NCBI GenBank assembly: GCA_010093815.1
Contig: ML996571.1
Strand: one strand, 5' to 3'
Length of the DNA stretch: 51,054 bases
DNA from: Pseudovirgaria hyperparasitica
Taxonomy: Eukaryota
In this document: positions 1-11,591 of the stretch, piece by piece
Layout of the letters: every line of letters starts with the position of its first letter
Position numbering within the stretch: the stretch's first letter is position 1
Notes under the pieces: model-generated
The model's database searches: none
What the model was told of the DNA's origin: nothing
The model's input: only the letters and a program-made list of their open reading frames with translations
Program-made: the position numbers and the translations under genes

Positions 1-207
1 GGTGAGTTCATCCGATGGGTCGGGAATTGTTCCACGGAGCAAGAAGGGCTGATATGTGGCAGACACATTGGTGGGCATGGGTCTTGTTGGTGGTGGGATT
101 GCGCTTTGCGTATTGTCTAAGAGCTGAAAATTATGACGACCGATCATGTCTATCTACAACGGTATGTCATACAGTCTGGGAACTGAAGAGCGGATGTGAA
201 GATGATG

Positions 208-1196
208 CTACGCAGCAATCAGCCGCGTAAAGCCCTCCTCGGGCGGTTGCAGCCAGTTCTGCGCATCATACGTCTTCTCACCCTCGATCACATGGAACGT
301 ATATATAATGCGACTCTTCCCACTGGTGTTCCGCTCGCTCTTATGCAGCAGATTCCCATGGATCAACACTAGACTGCCCGCTTTGACCTCGCCCATCGTA
401 TACTCCTCCTCTCTACCCTCGCCCTCCTCTGTCCGGCTCAGACCTTGAGGAAACTTCTCCCACGAATTATCCACAAACGTCGTCCCATTATCACCAGGCT
501 TTCGCACGAACCTCTTCCGCACCGGCTCCCGCTTATGACTCCCACTCGCAAAGCTCAGACACCCGTTCTGCACCGTCGCATCCTCGAGCGCATACCAGAA
601 TCCTACGGCGCTAGGCGGGTTTGTGAAGAGAAATGTGCTGTCCTGATGCGGTGGTACGGCGCCACCGATCTCTGGTTGTTTGCAGATGACCATACTCTGT
701 AGGACGCGCGGGTCCTTGAAACCCAGATTTCTTGCGATGGCGGCGTTTTGGGTCGAGATAGAGGCGGCGCGGAAGGATGGTGACAGAGCGTGTAGATAAT
801 GTCCGATTTTATTGATAGCGCGGTGCTTCGGCTTGAGGAGGGTACCTGAGGCGTCGAATGCGTCTATAGGTTGTATGTTAGAGATGGTGTATTGGACCTT
901 GGAATTTGCGATAGAGGATAGATGTAGATACCTTCTTCGAAAAAGAAGCGCACTTTATCGCCACTTTCGAGGAAGTACTTGTCGCCAACATGATCCTCAC
1001 CGTCGTCGCCACCGGTGGAGAACTTTGTCATTGGGTGCTCGTCTAGACTGAACTCATCGAGCATCGTATATGTCTCTTGGAGAAGTGCAGATACAGTGCT
1101 TTGGTCGAGTGCGTCGGGGATGATGAGGTAGCCGTTGGTGTCCCATGTTTTAAGCTGCTCTGACGTGAGACCATAAGCGTCATCATTTACAACCAT
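208..1196 (-). CDS. Phytanoyl-CoA dioxygenase (PhyH/PHYHD1-like) 2OG-Fe(II) oxygenase; exons 1196-932, 863-208
   Basis: Two ORFs join through a GTATCT..CTAAC..TAG intron (931-864), giving ..FFFEEDAFD..AINKIGHYLH. Motifs KQPEIGGAVPPHQDSTF (HxD), WYALEDATVQNGCL and HGNLLHKS..N.S..SR are typical of the PhyH family. Confidence 0.92.
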
Positions 1197-1830
1197 ACTG
1201 AGGGATTGACGGTATAGCGAGGAGCGCGAGCTCTTGCGTCCAAGATGCGAGGTGTAGGCAGAGGTAGGTTTGCGGGGGCGCATTTGGTATCATCCGCCAG
1301 CTCGGGAGCTCGAAAAGCCCCACATGCTCGGGATCATTGATAGGAGACAGAGTAAATCTACTTCAAGCAGAGTGAAAGATTGTGATAATCTGCACGCAAT
1401 AGCGCTGGCTGATAAAGATTCGTCAAGAACTGTTCAATGTCATAACATGGTCCTGAAAGTGTGCCATCCACGAGAACCGGGCAATCGGCTCTTGGATTAC
1501 AAGGATCTGCTGCTTAAAGACTGTAATATTGCACAAAAATGACTTTCTCAGTTGCTAGTTCTGCCTCTACATCGTTTTGCGTTAGAAATTTTTGGAGTAT
1601 CGGCTGCTGGTTGCGCAAAACCAGTTCATTGAGAAGCGCAGGATTCCTTCCCATGGGTGTCAATGTATCGTGATTGTACCTGACTTCTTCAATTAGAATA
1701 CACCTCCGCAAACGCAATTGTATGCGATTGATGTCTTTTCATACATCTATCCTAACGCCTTTCGCCGCCCGTGCTTTTCAAAACTCCAATGCGTGATGGT
1801 ACATCTTCCTTCGAATCTCTAACGTATTGA

Positions 1831-2919
1831 CTACTCGCGCTTGAAAGGTGGCCCAGGAGGACCACCAAATTGACCTCCAGGCGGCGTCGGCCCGCCGTGA
1901 GGAGGCATACCGAATGGCATGCCACCAGGTGGTGCGCCTGGGGATTGACTCATGCCAGGTCCTCCGGGTCCCATGTTTGGAGGGAAGAAGGCTGGCGGCG
2001 GGAAGCCATTCGGTGGCGGAAATGGCATCCCCTGGGGTGGTGATCCGCCTGGACCGTTCATAGCACCAGGAGGGAAAGGAGGCGGGAAAGGCATACCGTT
2101 CGGACCTGGGCCAGGAGGTGGGCCCCCATTCGGACCAGGAGGCATGTTTGGCGGCGGAAAAGGGAACGGCATACCACGTCCCCCAGCTAAGAATTGATCA
2201 GCAAGTACCTCATAGGAATCGAACGTATAAGAATATGGAAGGTCATGGATGGATGTGATAACTACCCCATGTGTCTCTGGGAGGTCTATTTGCAGATCTC
2301 ATGGGCTCATTATATTGGTGATAGGTATCGTGGAACTGGTTGAAATTGCTGAATGGAACATTGAACTCACGTCCTCCAGGGCCTGGCATTGGAAACGGCG
2401 GTGGCATACCTCGACCTCCTAGAACAGAATTTAGGAGGTGCAGATTAAGAGACACACACGTCAAGACATACCTGGGGGTGGGAATGGGAACGGGGGTGCA
2501 CCGAAACCACCAGGAGGCCCGGCCATGGGTCCAACAGGTTGTTGTAGCATTGGATTTTGTGCCTCTTGACCAGCGGCCGCGTATGAGTTTGTGATCGAGT
2601 CTATGACACTCTGCGCTTTTTCGTGTCCAATCTCTGTAAAGCTGTTAGCTGCCTGCTCCAACATCTCAGCTCTATTGGGGGACGCTCGTTGATAATAGTC
2701 GACGACATTGCGGAGGTGATTCCTTCCACTGTTGTGCGCTTTTCGTACACTCATAGAGTCATGTGTGAGGTAGACATCGCAATAGTCACCTTCTGTCTGT
2801 CAGCATTCATGGCTTCGGCGCGTGGTGCGGAGATGAGGCGGAGGTGACCCTACAGAAGAGTAAGGAATAGTTAGCTAGGCGCGCGGTGTAGGAAGGTGGT
2901 GTGACTTATATTTCGGCAT
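1831..2919 (-). CDS. YHC1: U1 snRNP protein C (matrin-type zinc finger plus Pro/Gly-rich tail); proposed exons 2919-2910, 2859-2854, 2789-2688, 2633-2472, 2418-2371, 2186-1831 (227 aa)
   Basis: The spliced model reads [51 protein letters not shown], the canonical U1-C N-terminus. All five introns are phase 1 and exon lengths sum to 684 nt. Introns 1 and 3 need non-canonical ends (see findings). Confidence 0.92.
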
Positions 2920-3389
2920 CTTGATCAGATTGTAAAGCTTTTGAGCGTTTTGCGACCCTTCCTCGGATAGGTATTGTGTTGTCGACAGTCAATGAAACCT
3001 CAACCTAAAGTCGCGTCGGTACGAAAGCTATCAGTTTCGGCACAACTTCGGAGCGCCGGCTACTTGACGTGGACGCATGTTTTTTTTGCTTTCATGCTTC
3101 TCCGCCTCGAAATACTCAATTGTGGTATATTGTAAAGCGGGGTGAGCTTTTTATGATTCAATATACTGCTGTGAATCCTAGCATTGTTCTTATAGCTATA
3201 CCTTACACGAACCACCTGGACAGGAGACGAAAACAAGAGTCGCGTGCGAAAGTGGCGGGCCAAGCACTGGGGGACTCTGGAGAGCAAAGCCCCACAAAAA
3301 AATCTAGAAGAACTCTTGGTGTGGCATATCAACATACTACCTAATAGTCCTGCGACGACGAGTAACGCCAATATCTCCACGTCGCAGCG

Positions 3390-5091
3390 ATGGCGACAGA
3401 CGTGACACGACTGGAGCCCGTCCGCGGTGCTAAGCGGATCTCATCAATCACAGCCGAGGAGCGCTATTGGAAATCTTTTTCGTCGCAGCTACAATTACCC
3501 TCGCCAAATTCTCAACACGTTACCTATATTTCACATCCCCCGCCTTCTTCCAATTCTCTGGTGTCCCCGACACCTGAGGTCTTTGCAGTCACCGCCGGTC
3601 AACGTATACAGATATTCTCATCCCGGACAAGGAAGCTGTTAAAGACCATAACGAGATTTAATCCAGAAGACATTGCATACAGCGGGACAGTACGTCGCGA
3701 TGGCAGGATACTGCTTGCTGGCGGGAACAATGGTGTTGTCCAGGCCTTCGATGTAAACTCAAGAGCTATCTTGAAACAATTCAAAGAGCACAAACAACCC
3801 GTATGGTGCACGCAATGGCATCCGCGCGACCTCACCACAGCAATGAGCACAAGCGACGACCAAACCGTCCGCCTGTGGGATCTTCCCAGCGATGATAGCA
3901 CCCATAAGTTCTACGGCCACACCGACTACGTCCGCTGCGGGACCTTTATGCCCGGCCAAACCGACCGGCTACTCGTCAGCGGCAGCTACGATACCACAGT
4001 CCGTCTGTGGGACCCGCGAACGACAGGGAAAGCAGTAATGACGTTCAAGCACGCGGCAGCCGTCGAATCCGTTCTTCCACTCCCATCTGGCACGACGCTG
4101 CTCGCTGCCGCCGGGAACACTGTTTCTGTCCTAGATGTTATCGGCGCGCGGCCAATCACGCAGCTCAAGAATCACCAGAAAACTGTTACGACTATGGCAC
4201 TTGCGTCCAGGGGCACTCGTCTGCTAACGGGTGGTCTGGATGGGCACATAAAAGTGTTCGAGACCGCGGCGTGGAATGTCGTGGCGGGCTTCAAATACCC
4301 TAATCCCATCTTATCCCTCGACGTTATCAGCTCCGGCGCAAAGCAAGAAGACAAACACATAGCCGTCGGCACATCCACAGGTCTTGTTAGTATCCGCACA
4401 CGTCTGTCCGCACAGCAGAAACTCCAACAGCGCGAGCGAGAACGCGAGATGGATGCCTTAGCCGCCGGACGGATAGAGGAATACGATAGGAAAAAGGGCA
4501 AGCCACTAACGAGCATGATGAAGAAGAGGCTACGTGGGAAAGACTTCACAGGTGAGGGAGTGGATATCGTGGTTGAAGGGCCGAACCGAGGGAGGCTGAG
4601 GGGGGCGACGAAGTGGGAGCATGCGTTGCGAAAAGGGCAGTTCGAGGAGGCGTTGGACTATGTGCTCGACCCGGTACGTTTGGCCCTATCCTTTTCTTCT
4701 TATGCATACTTGCCATCTTGAGGCTGATATGTAAAATGATGAACAGACGCTCAACTTTAAACGCCAAGACTGCATGACACTCCTTACCACCCTCCGCCAC
4801 CGTTCCGCGCTCCGTGCTGCTCTACAGAATCGCGATGAAGTTTCACTACAGCCCATCCTGGTCTTCCTTCGCAAGACGATCAGCGATCCGCGGTTTGTTA
4901 AGCTCACCACAGACGTAGCTATGGTATTGCTAGATATCTATGGACCGCATATGGGGCTGAGCCCGGAGATTGACAAGCTGGTAAAAGACTTGCATGATGC
5001 TGTTCGGTTGAACTTTGAGATTGCGCAGTGGGCTTGTAGTATCACGGGAATGGTGGACTTGTTAATGGTAGGGGCAGAGAATCGAGATTGA
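3390..5091 (+). CDS. UTP15: U3 snoRNA-associated protein 15 (WD40, SSU processome); exons 3390-4673, 4747-5091
   Basis: WD40 repeats (HKQPVW, VRLWD, GHTDYVR, SGSYDTTVRLWD), N-terminal EERYWKSF and the UTP15 C-terminal LRHRSALRAAL..RDE motif; GTACGT..CAG intron joins the two ORFs in frame. Confidence 0.92.
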
Positions 5092-5318
5092 AGGGTAGGC
5101 TATGAGAAGAATCTATTTTTACAATGCATAGCGGAGGCGTCTATTTTCAGGCAGCATGGCTATTGTGGCCGTCCTGTTGGATTATTAGATACAGGCATCT
5201 TGTACAGGCTATACTTATACCGTAAGACTCTTGATATTCTGGGTACAGCTGACGTATGTCCATCGACCAAGTGTATGATACATGTGGCAATGCCACTAGA
5301 AGTATGTACAAGAAATCG

Positions 5319-6496
5319 TCACCACAGGCAGTGCTGATGTTGGAATGTGACGGGCCGGTCTGGGAGTTGTGTCCAGGGTTTCCTCTGGGCACGCTTTGCC
5401 TCGCGCTCATTGTGTTCTCGTATGCGGGTCTTTTCTTCCTTCAACTGCAATACAACACCTGCAATCAACATTAGCTACTTTCCCGCAAAGTAGGTACGGG
5501 CTCTGTATCAAACTTACGAGATTGTCGATGCAGAATCCTGTTAACCTTTCCTTTAGCACGAAACTCCACATCTTTCATATGCTGGCCTTTCTCAACCCAT
5601 GCCTGATCAAGATAAAGTCCCGTTTCGTTTTTAACCTTGTGCTTCCTTCCGTCCTTCAATACGATATGCTTCTCCTGCCCTTTCGGGAGATCTGTGCCCA
5701 ACCCCATACCAGATTCTATAACTGCTCGATTTCTCACCTGTTCTAAAAGCAGGCGTAGGCTCAGAGCGTAGCGCTTCTTGCTAAACCTCATCTGCGCTTC
5801 GGCCTCCTCGAGCGTCTTGCCGGCGACCTGCCGGGCTAGCAACATCAATTTCTTGGTGCTCGTGGAAAGATTAGCGCTCCTTTGAACCACTTTGCGTTCA
5901 GTCATGTTCAGGATCTCCTTGCGTGTCATGCTCCATTTTGACTGTACAGCGCGAGTTATTCTCTTGCGCTGATACAGTTGACGTTTGAGCGGCCGTGGAT
6001 CTAATTTTAAGGCCATGTTGCTCCATCTCCGGTCTTTGATCTCAATAGGAACCGGGATGGAATCGGTGTTGTCACTCGGTGGTTGAATTTGTTCATACTT
6101 GACCGTGCCTCGAAGTTGCTCTTCAGGACTGATGTCCGGGTCGACTAGATATTGGGCCTTCGGAGGGCGAAACTCGGCGTCCCAAACAGAGCCCTGAGGT
6201 AAGAAGCTTGCTGGGCTGCTAGGCATCGAGTCTCTGCTGAGGTCAATATTTTTGTCTTCGGCTTTTGAGCGTTCGTAGGCTTCGAGGTATGGATTGGTGA
6301 AGCGGTTGGTATCCGTTGTACTCTTATTCGTTGGCTGAGTGTCGGTTTTTGTCTTGGGCGTGGCCTTTGATCCGGAGGAGGCAGAGCGGATTTGTGTCAC
6401 AGATCGGATTGGGAGTATGAAAGTATGGCTATGGGGATTGATGAGCGCGGTGACTGCGACATTGGTAAGTGTTTGGAGCTGTTGAGAGAGTCGCAT
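5319..6496 (-). CDS. MRPL22: Mitochondrial ribosomal protein uL22m; exons 6496-5518, 5458-5319
   Basis: L22 motifs STKKL..LARQVAGK...A..QMRFSKK and QAWVEKG...RAKG. A GTAAGT..GCTAAT..CAG intron continues into RVVLQLKEEKTRIRE..WTQLPDRP..W-stop. The N-terminus resembles a mitochondrial presequence. Confidence 0.88.
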
Positions 6497-7132
6497 ACTG
6501 ACCTGGACGTGTCAGCCGCCGCGACTGCGTTCGTACACTCATTTTAAGAAATGCAGCAATCGATGCCAGAGCTTGGAAGCTCTAGAATCGAGATGCGGTG
6601 ATGTTGTGTCAGATGTCGAAGTTCTCGGGGGTCGGACTTTTCGAGCATCACGTGCGCCCAGAGTTCGGCGTGCACTTCACCTGCACGTCCGCCGACGGTG
6701 CTGCATGCACGCGAAAATGGCGGACTGAGGCCTGGAAGGGGAAGAAAAGGGTTCTAGGCCTAGAAGACTAGAAGAGGTCTTCGATTTGTGTTATTATAGA
6801 CCGAAGCTGTTTTCACCCATCATCTTCATCTTTCGACGCTGAAAGACACCGTGATCGCACGTGTCTAACCTCCTCTTCCTAATATTACATTCATCTGCTC
6901 CTCTACTCGTCGTCTCCCTTTCCACCATCGCCATCCCCGACTCATTCTCCTGATGAAGGCTGTAGACTGTCGTTGCTGTCTTGCCCCCGCGAGTTTTTGC
7001 TTGGGCACGTAGGACTTGACTCCGAACTGAAGCTTTCCCTGCATCCACAACTCGCACGACTCGAAGAGCAGCGACCGCTTTAAGGTGGCAGCGCCTCTAT
7101 CTGTCGTCCTCACCTCCACCGTCGCTTTCGCC

Positions 7133-10100
7133 ATGGACATCAACTCCTTGTTGTCACCGTCGGACACCCCTAGCAGCGGAACTCCTCCCCCCGCGCAATC
7201 CTCGAATACCTCGTCCCCTGCTTTGAACCCTGTTCAGTCGCCAAACAAACCGCGCCAGCAACGTCCCGCGAAATCTAACAAACGAAACTCCTCTGCGCTC
7301 AGCCAGCAGCTTCACTATAACTCAAATTCGCTACCAAGTCCGAATGACCCTCCCTTGACTCCGCTGTCGCACAGAGATCCACAGCCGCAGCCTGCTTATC
7401 CTCTCTCGAGCCCGTCCGTGACAAGCGCGCCCGGTACAAACGGTCGAATTGGAAGTGCAAGCGGCACACCACCGTTGGGTGAACGTGGAAGTCTTCCGCC
7501 CTTACGATCAGGCAGCATCGATACTTTGGCAGGTGAGTGGACTTGCGCTGCAACAGCTGTTTTTATTGCTCGCTAATCGCTGTGCCGTAGATCTTGCATT
7601 GTTACAGCATCCACAACAGGCATACCCGCACGCTCGGAACCCACCGTTAAAGTACTTGGATTCTCCTTGCTTTACAAAGATTCAATGGACTAACGCACCT
7701 TCTAGCTTACAAAATCTTTCTCGCTCTCTGTCTGCGCAATCTTCGACAAAAGATATTGTGATGGCGGAAAGATCTCCAAAGCTACTTAAGTCTTTGACGT
7801 CCCAATTTGTTTCATCAGAAGATTCGACCTTACTTTCCCAACTTGTTCAGCAGCTTCATGACAAGCCGCTTGATCATGCCGCCCATCTTGAATACATCCG
7901 TCTTCTAAAGCAGGGCTTGACCGCGACCTTAGAAGCTGGCTATTCTGCCTCCAGCTATGAGCTCTTTGAAGATCTTCGTGAAGCAAGAAAGAGTATGAGC
8001 AAGAATTATACCCTCGGTGAAGACCTTTGGCTTGATTGGGTCAATGACGAACGTCTGGCCGTCCAGACTACCGAAGATCGCCTCACTCTCATGGAGTTGT
8101 ACAGTCAGTGTACCGAAGAAGAGCCTGCCAGCTCTAAGATCTGGAGGAGCTACGGTGACTATATGTATGACCTATACGCTTCGGCAAACCAGATGGCCGA
8201 TGCCGATAATTGGTCCGAAGAAGATCGTATTGTCGGTATGCATGTCTTCACGTGGGACGCGATGATCAAAGTATGGGACGAAGGTCTCATTGCGACTCAA
8301 TGGCATATCAACGGCAGCCAACTCGTATGGGATAGGTATATTCAAATAATTCTCGAACACCAGCGCAACAGCCCTTCGGACGACACTGTTAGGCTCCTGG
8401 AGAACATGTTTGCTACTCGCCTGATGAAGCCTCATATCACTTGGCAGAATACCTTCGATCTTTATTCGGAGTATATCTCGAGCTGTTTTGGTAGCAGCTA
8501 TGAAGAAATCATGCGAACTGCTACCAAGCAAGCAAACCAGGTCAAGAAGCAAGTGAGGTTACGTGATCCTTTCGAGCATCGGATTCAGGTGGCACAACAA
8601 GATGGCAACAGAACGGGTGAGTGGGATGCACTGAAAACCTATCTAGATTGGGAGATCAAGCACAAGGGGGTCTTTTCCTTCGATCTTATCAATGGTCTGT
8701 TTGAGCGAGCTACGACTCGTTTCTCGACAGACTCGTCTTTATGGGAAGACTACGTCGAATTCCTGATAGAGAACCCGGCCCAAAGCGTATCTGTACTCAG
8801 CGTGGTGGAGCGCGCCACTCGCCACTGCCCGTGGTCAGGCGATCTATGGTCACATCGTCTGTTGGCCCTCGAGGCGGAGAAACAGTCTTTCGAAGAACTT
8901 GAGAAGGTGAAACACAAAGCCACAGAGTCAGGCATGCTCGATCAAGGTGGTATGGAAGAGCTTTTGAAGGTTTATGTCTCCTGGTGCGGGTTCCTTCGAC
9001 GCAAGGCATTCGAGCGCAGCAGCGCGACCGACGACGATATAGACGTTGCTGAGGTCGGTATACATTCTGCTCTTGAGCACGTCAAAGCCATCGGCCAGAA
9101 GAAATACGGACCTGATTGGCAAGGTGATCCAATGTATCGATTGGAGCGCATCCACATAAAGTTCTACACACAGTCCGGGAACACTAACGCAGCACGAGAG
9201 CTTTGGGAAGGTTTGATACCGCGTCAGAAAACTAGTTATGATTTCTGGTATCGATACTACATCTGGGAAATGGTAATCTGGTCTAAGTTCAGTACCAATG
9301 ATAACGCCGGTACACAGCTGAGGCCGCCATACGAAGCGACAGCTTTGCTACGCAAAGCTCTCAAACAACACCAGATCATGGACTGGCCTGAACAGCTGGT
9401 GGCAATGTTCCTGAACCACTGTGAACAACATGAATCTGTCCAAGAGCTTCGTACTGCCATCATAGAGTCCAGACGGGTCAGCATTGAGGTGGCAAAGAGG
9501 CGTCGCCAAGAATCTACCTATGGCGAGGTACCCATGGAGGATTTACAGCATCAAGAACCACAAAGCAAGCGCAAACTAGATGTTGAAGGCGCTGTGGAAC
9601 ATGGTCAGACTGTCAAGAAGTATCGAACTGACGATGAAGCTGAGCCCGTGTATCAGAGCGACGAAATGGTAATCGATCACATATCCGCCACCGCCCCCTC
9701 CAAACGTGACCGCGAACACACGACTATCATTGTCAAAGGATTGCCCATCGATGCGACCGACGTAAAGGTCCGACAATTCTTTCGAGATGCTGGAACTATC
9801 GTTAGTATAACCATTTCTAAGGAGAAAGACTCACAGACTGCCGTCATCGAGTTTGAGTCAAAGCAAGAAGCTCAATACGCGCAGCTGAAAGACGGCCGTG
9901 AATTTCATGGTACAGAAATCGAGGTCAAACTAAGTGTCGAAACTACGTTATGGGTCACGAATTATCCCAAAATCGCGGATGAAAAATACATTCGCGGTTT
10001 GTTCGAGCCTTATGGAAAAGTCGTCTCTGTCCGCTTTCCCTCACTGAAGTTTGATGCCAGTCGACGCTTTTGCTATGTCCAATTTGACTCCAGCGACGCG

Positions 10101-11221
10101 GCACATGCTGCAACCGCTCTTCATGGTCATCAAATTGACGAGAAACACGTACTCAGCGCTAAGATCTCGGATCCATCCATGAAAAAGATGGCAAAGGGAG
10201 GGCCAACTGTGGAGGGTCGTGAGATCTTCATTCGCAATATAAATTTCCAGGCGTCACCTAAAGAGTTCGAAGAACTGGCAAAGACGGTCGCTGAACCTAG
10301 TCATTTCCGGCTTCTACAAAAGCTTGGCCAAAGGTCCAAAGGAATGGGTTTCGTGGTCTATCACTCAAAGGTCTGTTGTCCCAATTGCCAAGTGAAATAT
10401 CGTTCATTAATGCCTTCACATAGCAAGACGCAGAAGCTACTGTCGCCGCTCTCCACGACACGCCATTCATGGGTCGCAACCTGATTGTTAGTATTGCTGA
10501 CCCTGACCACAAAACTAAAAACATGGTCGAGAAAGTCACATTAGGGACAACCTCGGAGGCCCAAACCCAAATCCAGAGCAATCTTAAGAATTACAAAGAC
10601 CGTACCCTCTACATTCTCGACGTTCCCGACACCGTCAACACCGCGCGCATCCGTGCTATGTGCGAGGAATATGGCCCACTTAACAAGATCACAATGCTGC
10701 GTGACAAGTCCGCTGCCATCGTCGAATTCACTTTGCTCGCAGACCACGGCAAAGCCGAGCTCGCAATTCATGGATATGAGATTGAGCCAGGCTTCAAGTT
10801 GTCGCTGGGTACCGTGCGTGATGTCGACCGGGGCAAAGCATGGCTCCGCAATGATCGCTTGAATTGGAAGCCGCAAGAGGAATACAAAGCTCAGCATGTA
10901 AACCCTAAAAAGGCAAAGGCAAAGGAACTCAAGGATGTGAATATGGAGAAAAAGGCCCCCAAGGTCATTGGCTTGGTCCCTACCAGAGGACTGTTAACAC
11001 GACGCGGTCGTGGCGGCGGGCTCGGTATCAGAGGAAAGGCTACAGTCCCAACGAGGCCGGCAGCTGCGGAGGACGATTCCGCTGTCGTAGATGATCCCAT
11101 GATCCAGTGTGAGGAGGCGGCCCCTGAAGTGAGGCGCGCACCGCCGAAGTCAAACGCGGATTTCAGGGCTATGATTATGGGTAGCCAGACGAAGAATGCG
11201 GAGGGAGAGAAGGATGCTTGA
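7133..11221 (+). CDS. PRP24: Prp24/SART3-like U4/U6 snRNP recycling factor (HAT repeats plus four RRMs); introns 7533-7590, probably 7652-7705, and 10371-10423
   Basis: HAT-like repeats (LWLDW, LWEDY, ERATRHCPWSGDLW), RRM motifs (RRFCYVQF, KGMGFVVY), and the C-terminal Lsm-binding motif KSNADFRAM. Introns have GT..CTAAC/CTAAT-like..AG signals and join the ORFs in frame. Confidence 0.88.
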
Positions 11222-11591
11222 ACTCATCTGTGGATGATGATTTCGACTGCGTGCCAAAAACGGGGCATAAGTTGCTATTGCGATACTCATTCTAAAATCG
11301 ATGCGAATCCGGCGTAACAATGGCGATTAGAGATACCTGAAGGAGTTTGCTCACGCGAACAGCTACATACTGCTTGTCATAGTAGCTTCTATAGGCAGAA
11401 GCTTGTGTCACTTGTCTCGGCGAATGGACGAAGGATACCATGGGATTCACAAATCGGATATGCTAACATGCAATGTATAGCCAAAGGGGTATACGCATAT
11501 ATAATCATGAATGTAAAAAAAAGTTCTCATCAATATTGCTGGCACTCATGCATCGTAACGGTATCATACTTTCCTGCCTCGACAAGCGGAT

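Noticed and set aside
1..78. Possible N-terminus of a minus-strand gene running off the window (MPTNVSATYQPFLL..)
   Set aside because: Only 26 codons are visible, which is not enough to support a call.
2187..2370. Poison cassette exon inside the long fifth U1-C intron
   Set aside because: An AG..GT pair exists (around 2285-2266) but the donor and branch signals are poor; not supportable without reads.
1831..11221. Functional RNA-processing gene cluster (U1-C, UTP15, MRPL22, PRP24)
   Set aside because: Neighbouring housekeeping genes in divergent pairs are common in compact fungal genomes, and I found no shared regulatory motif.
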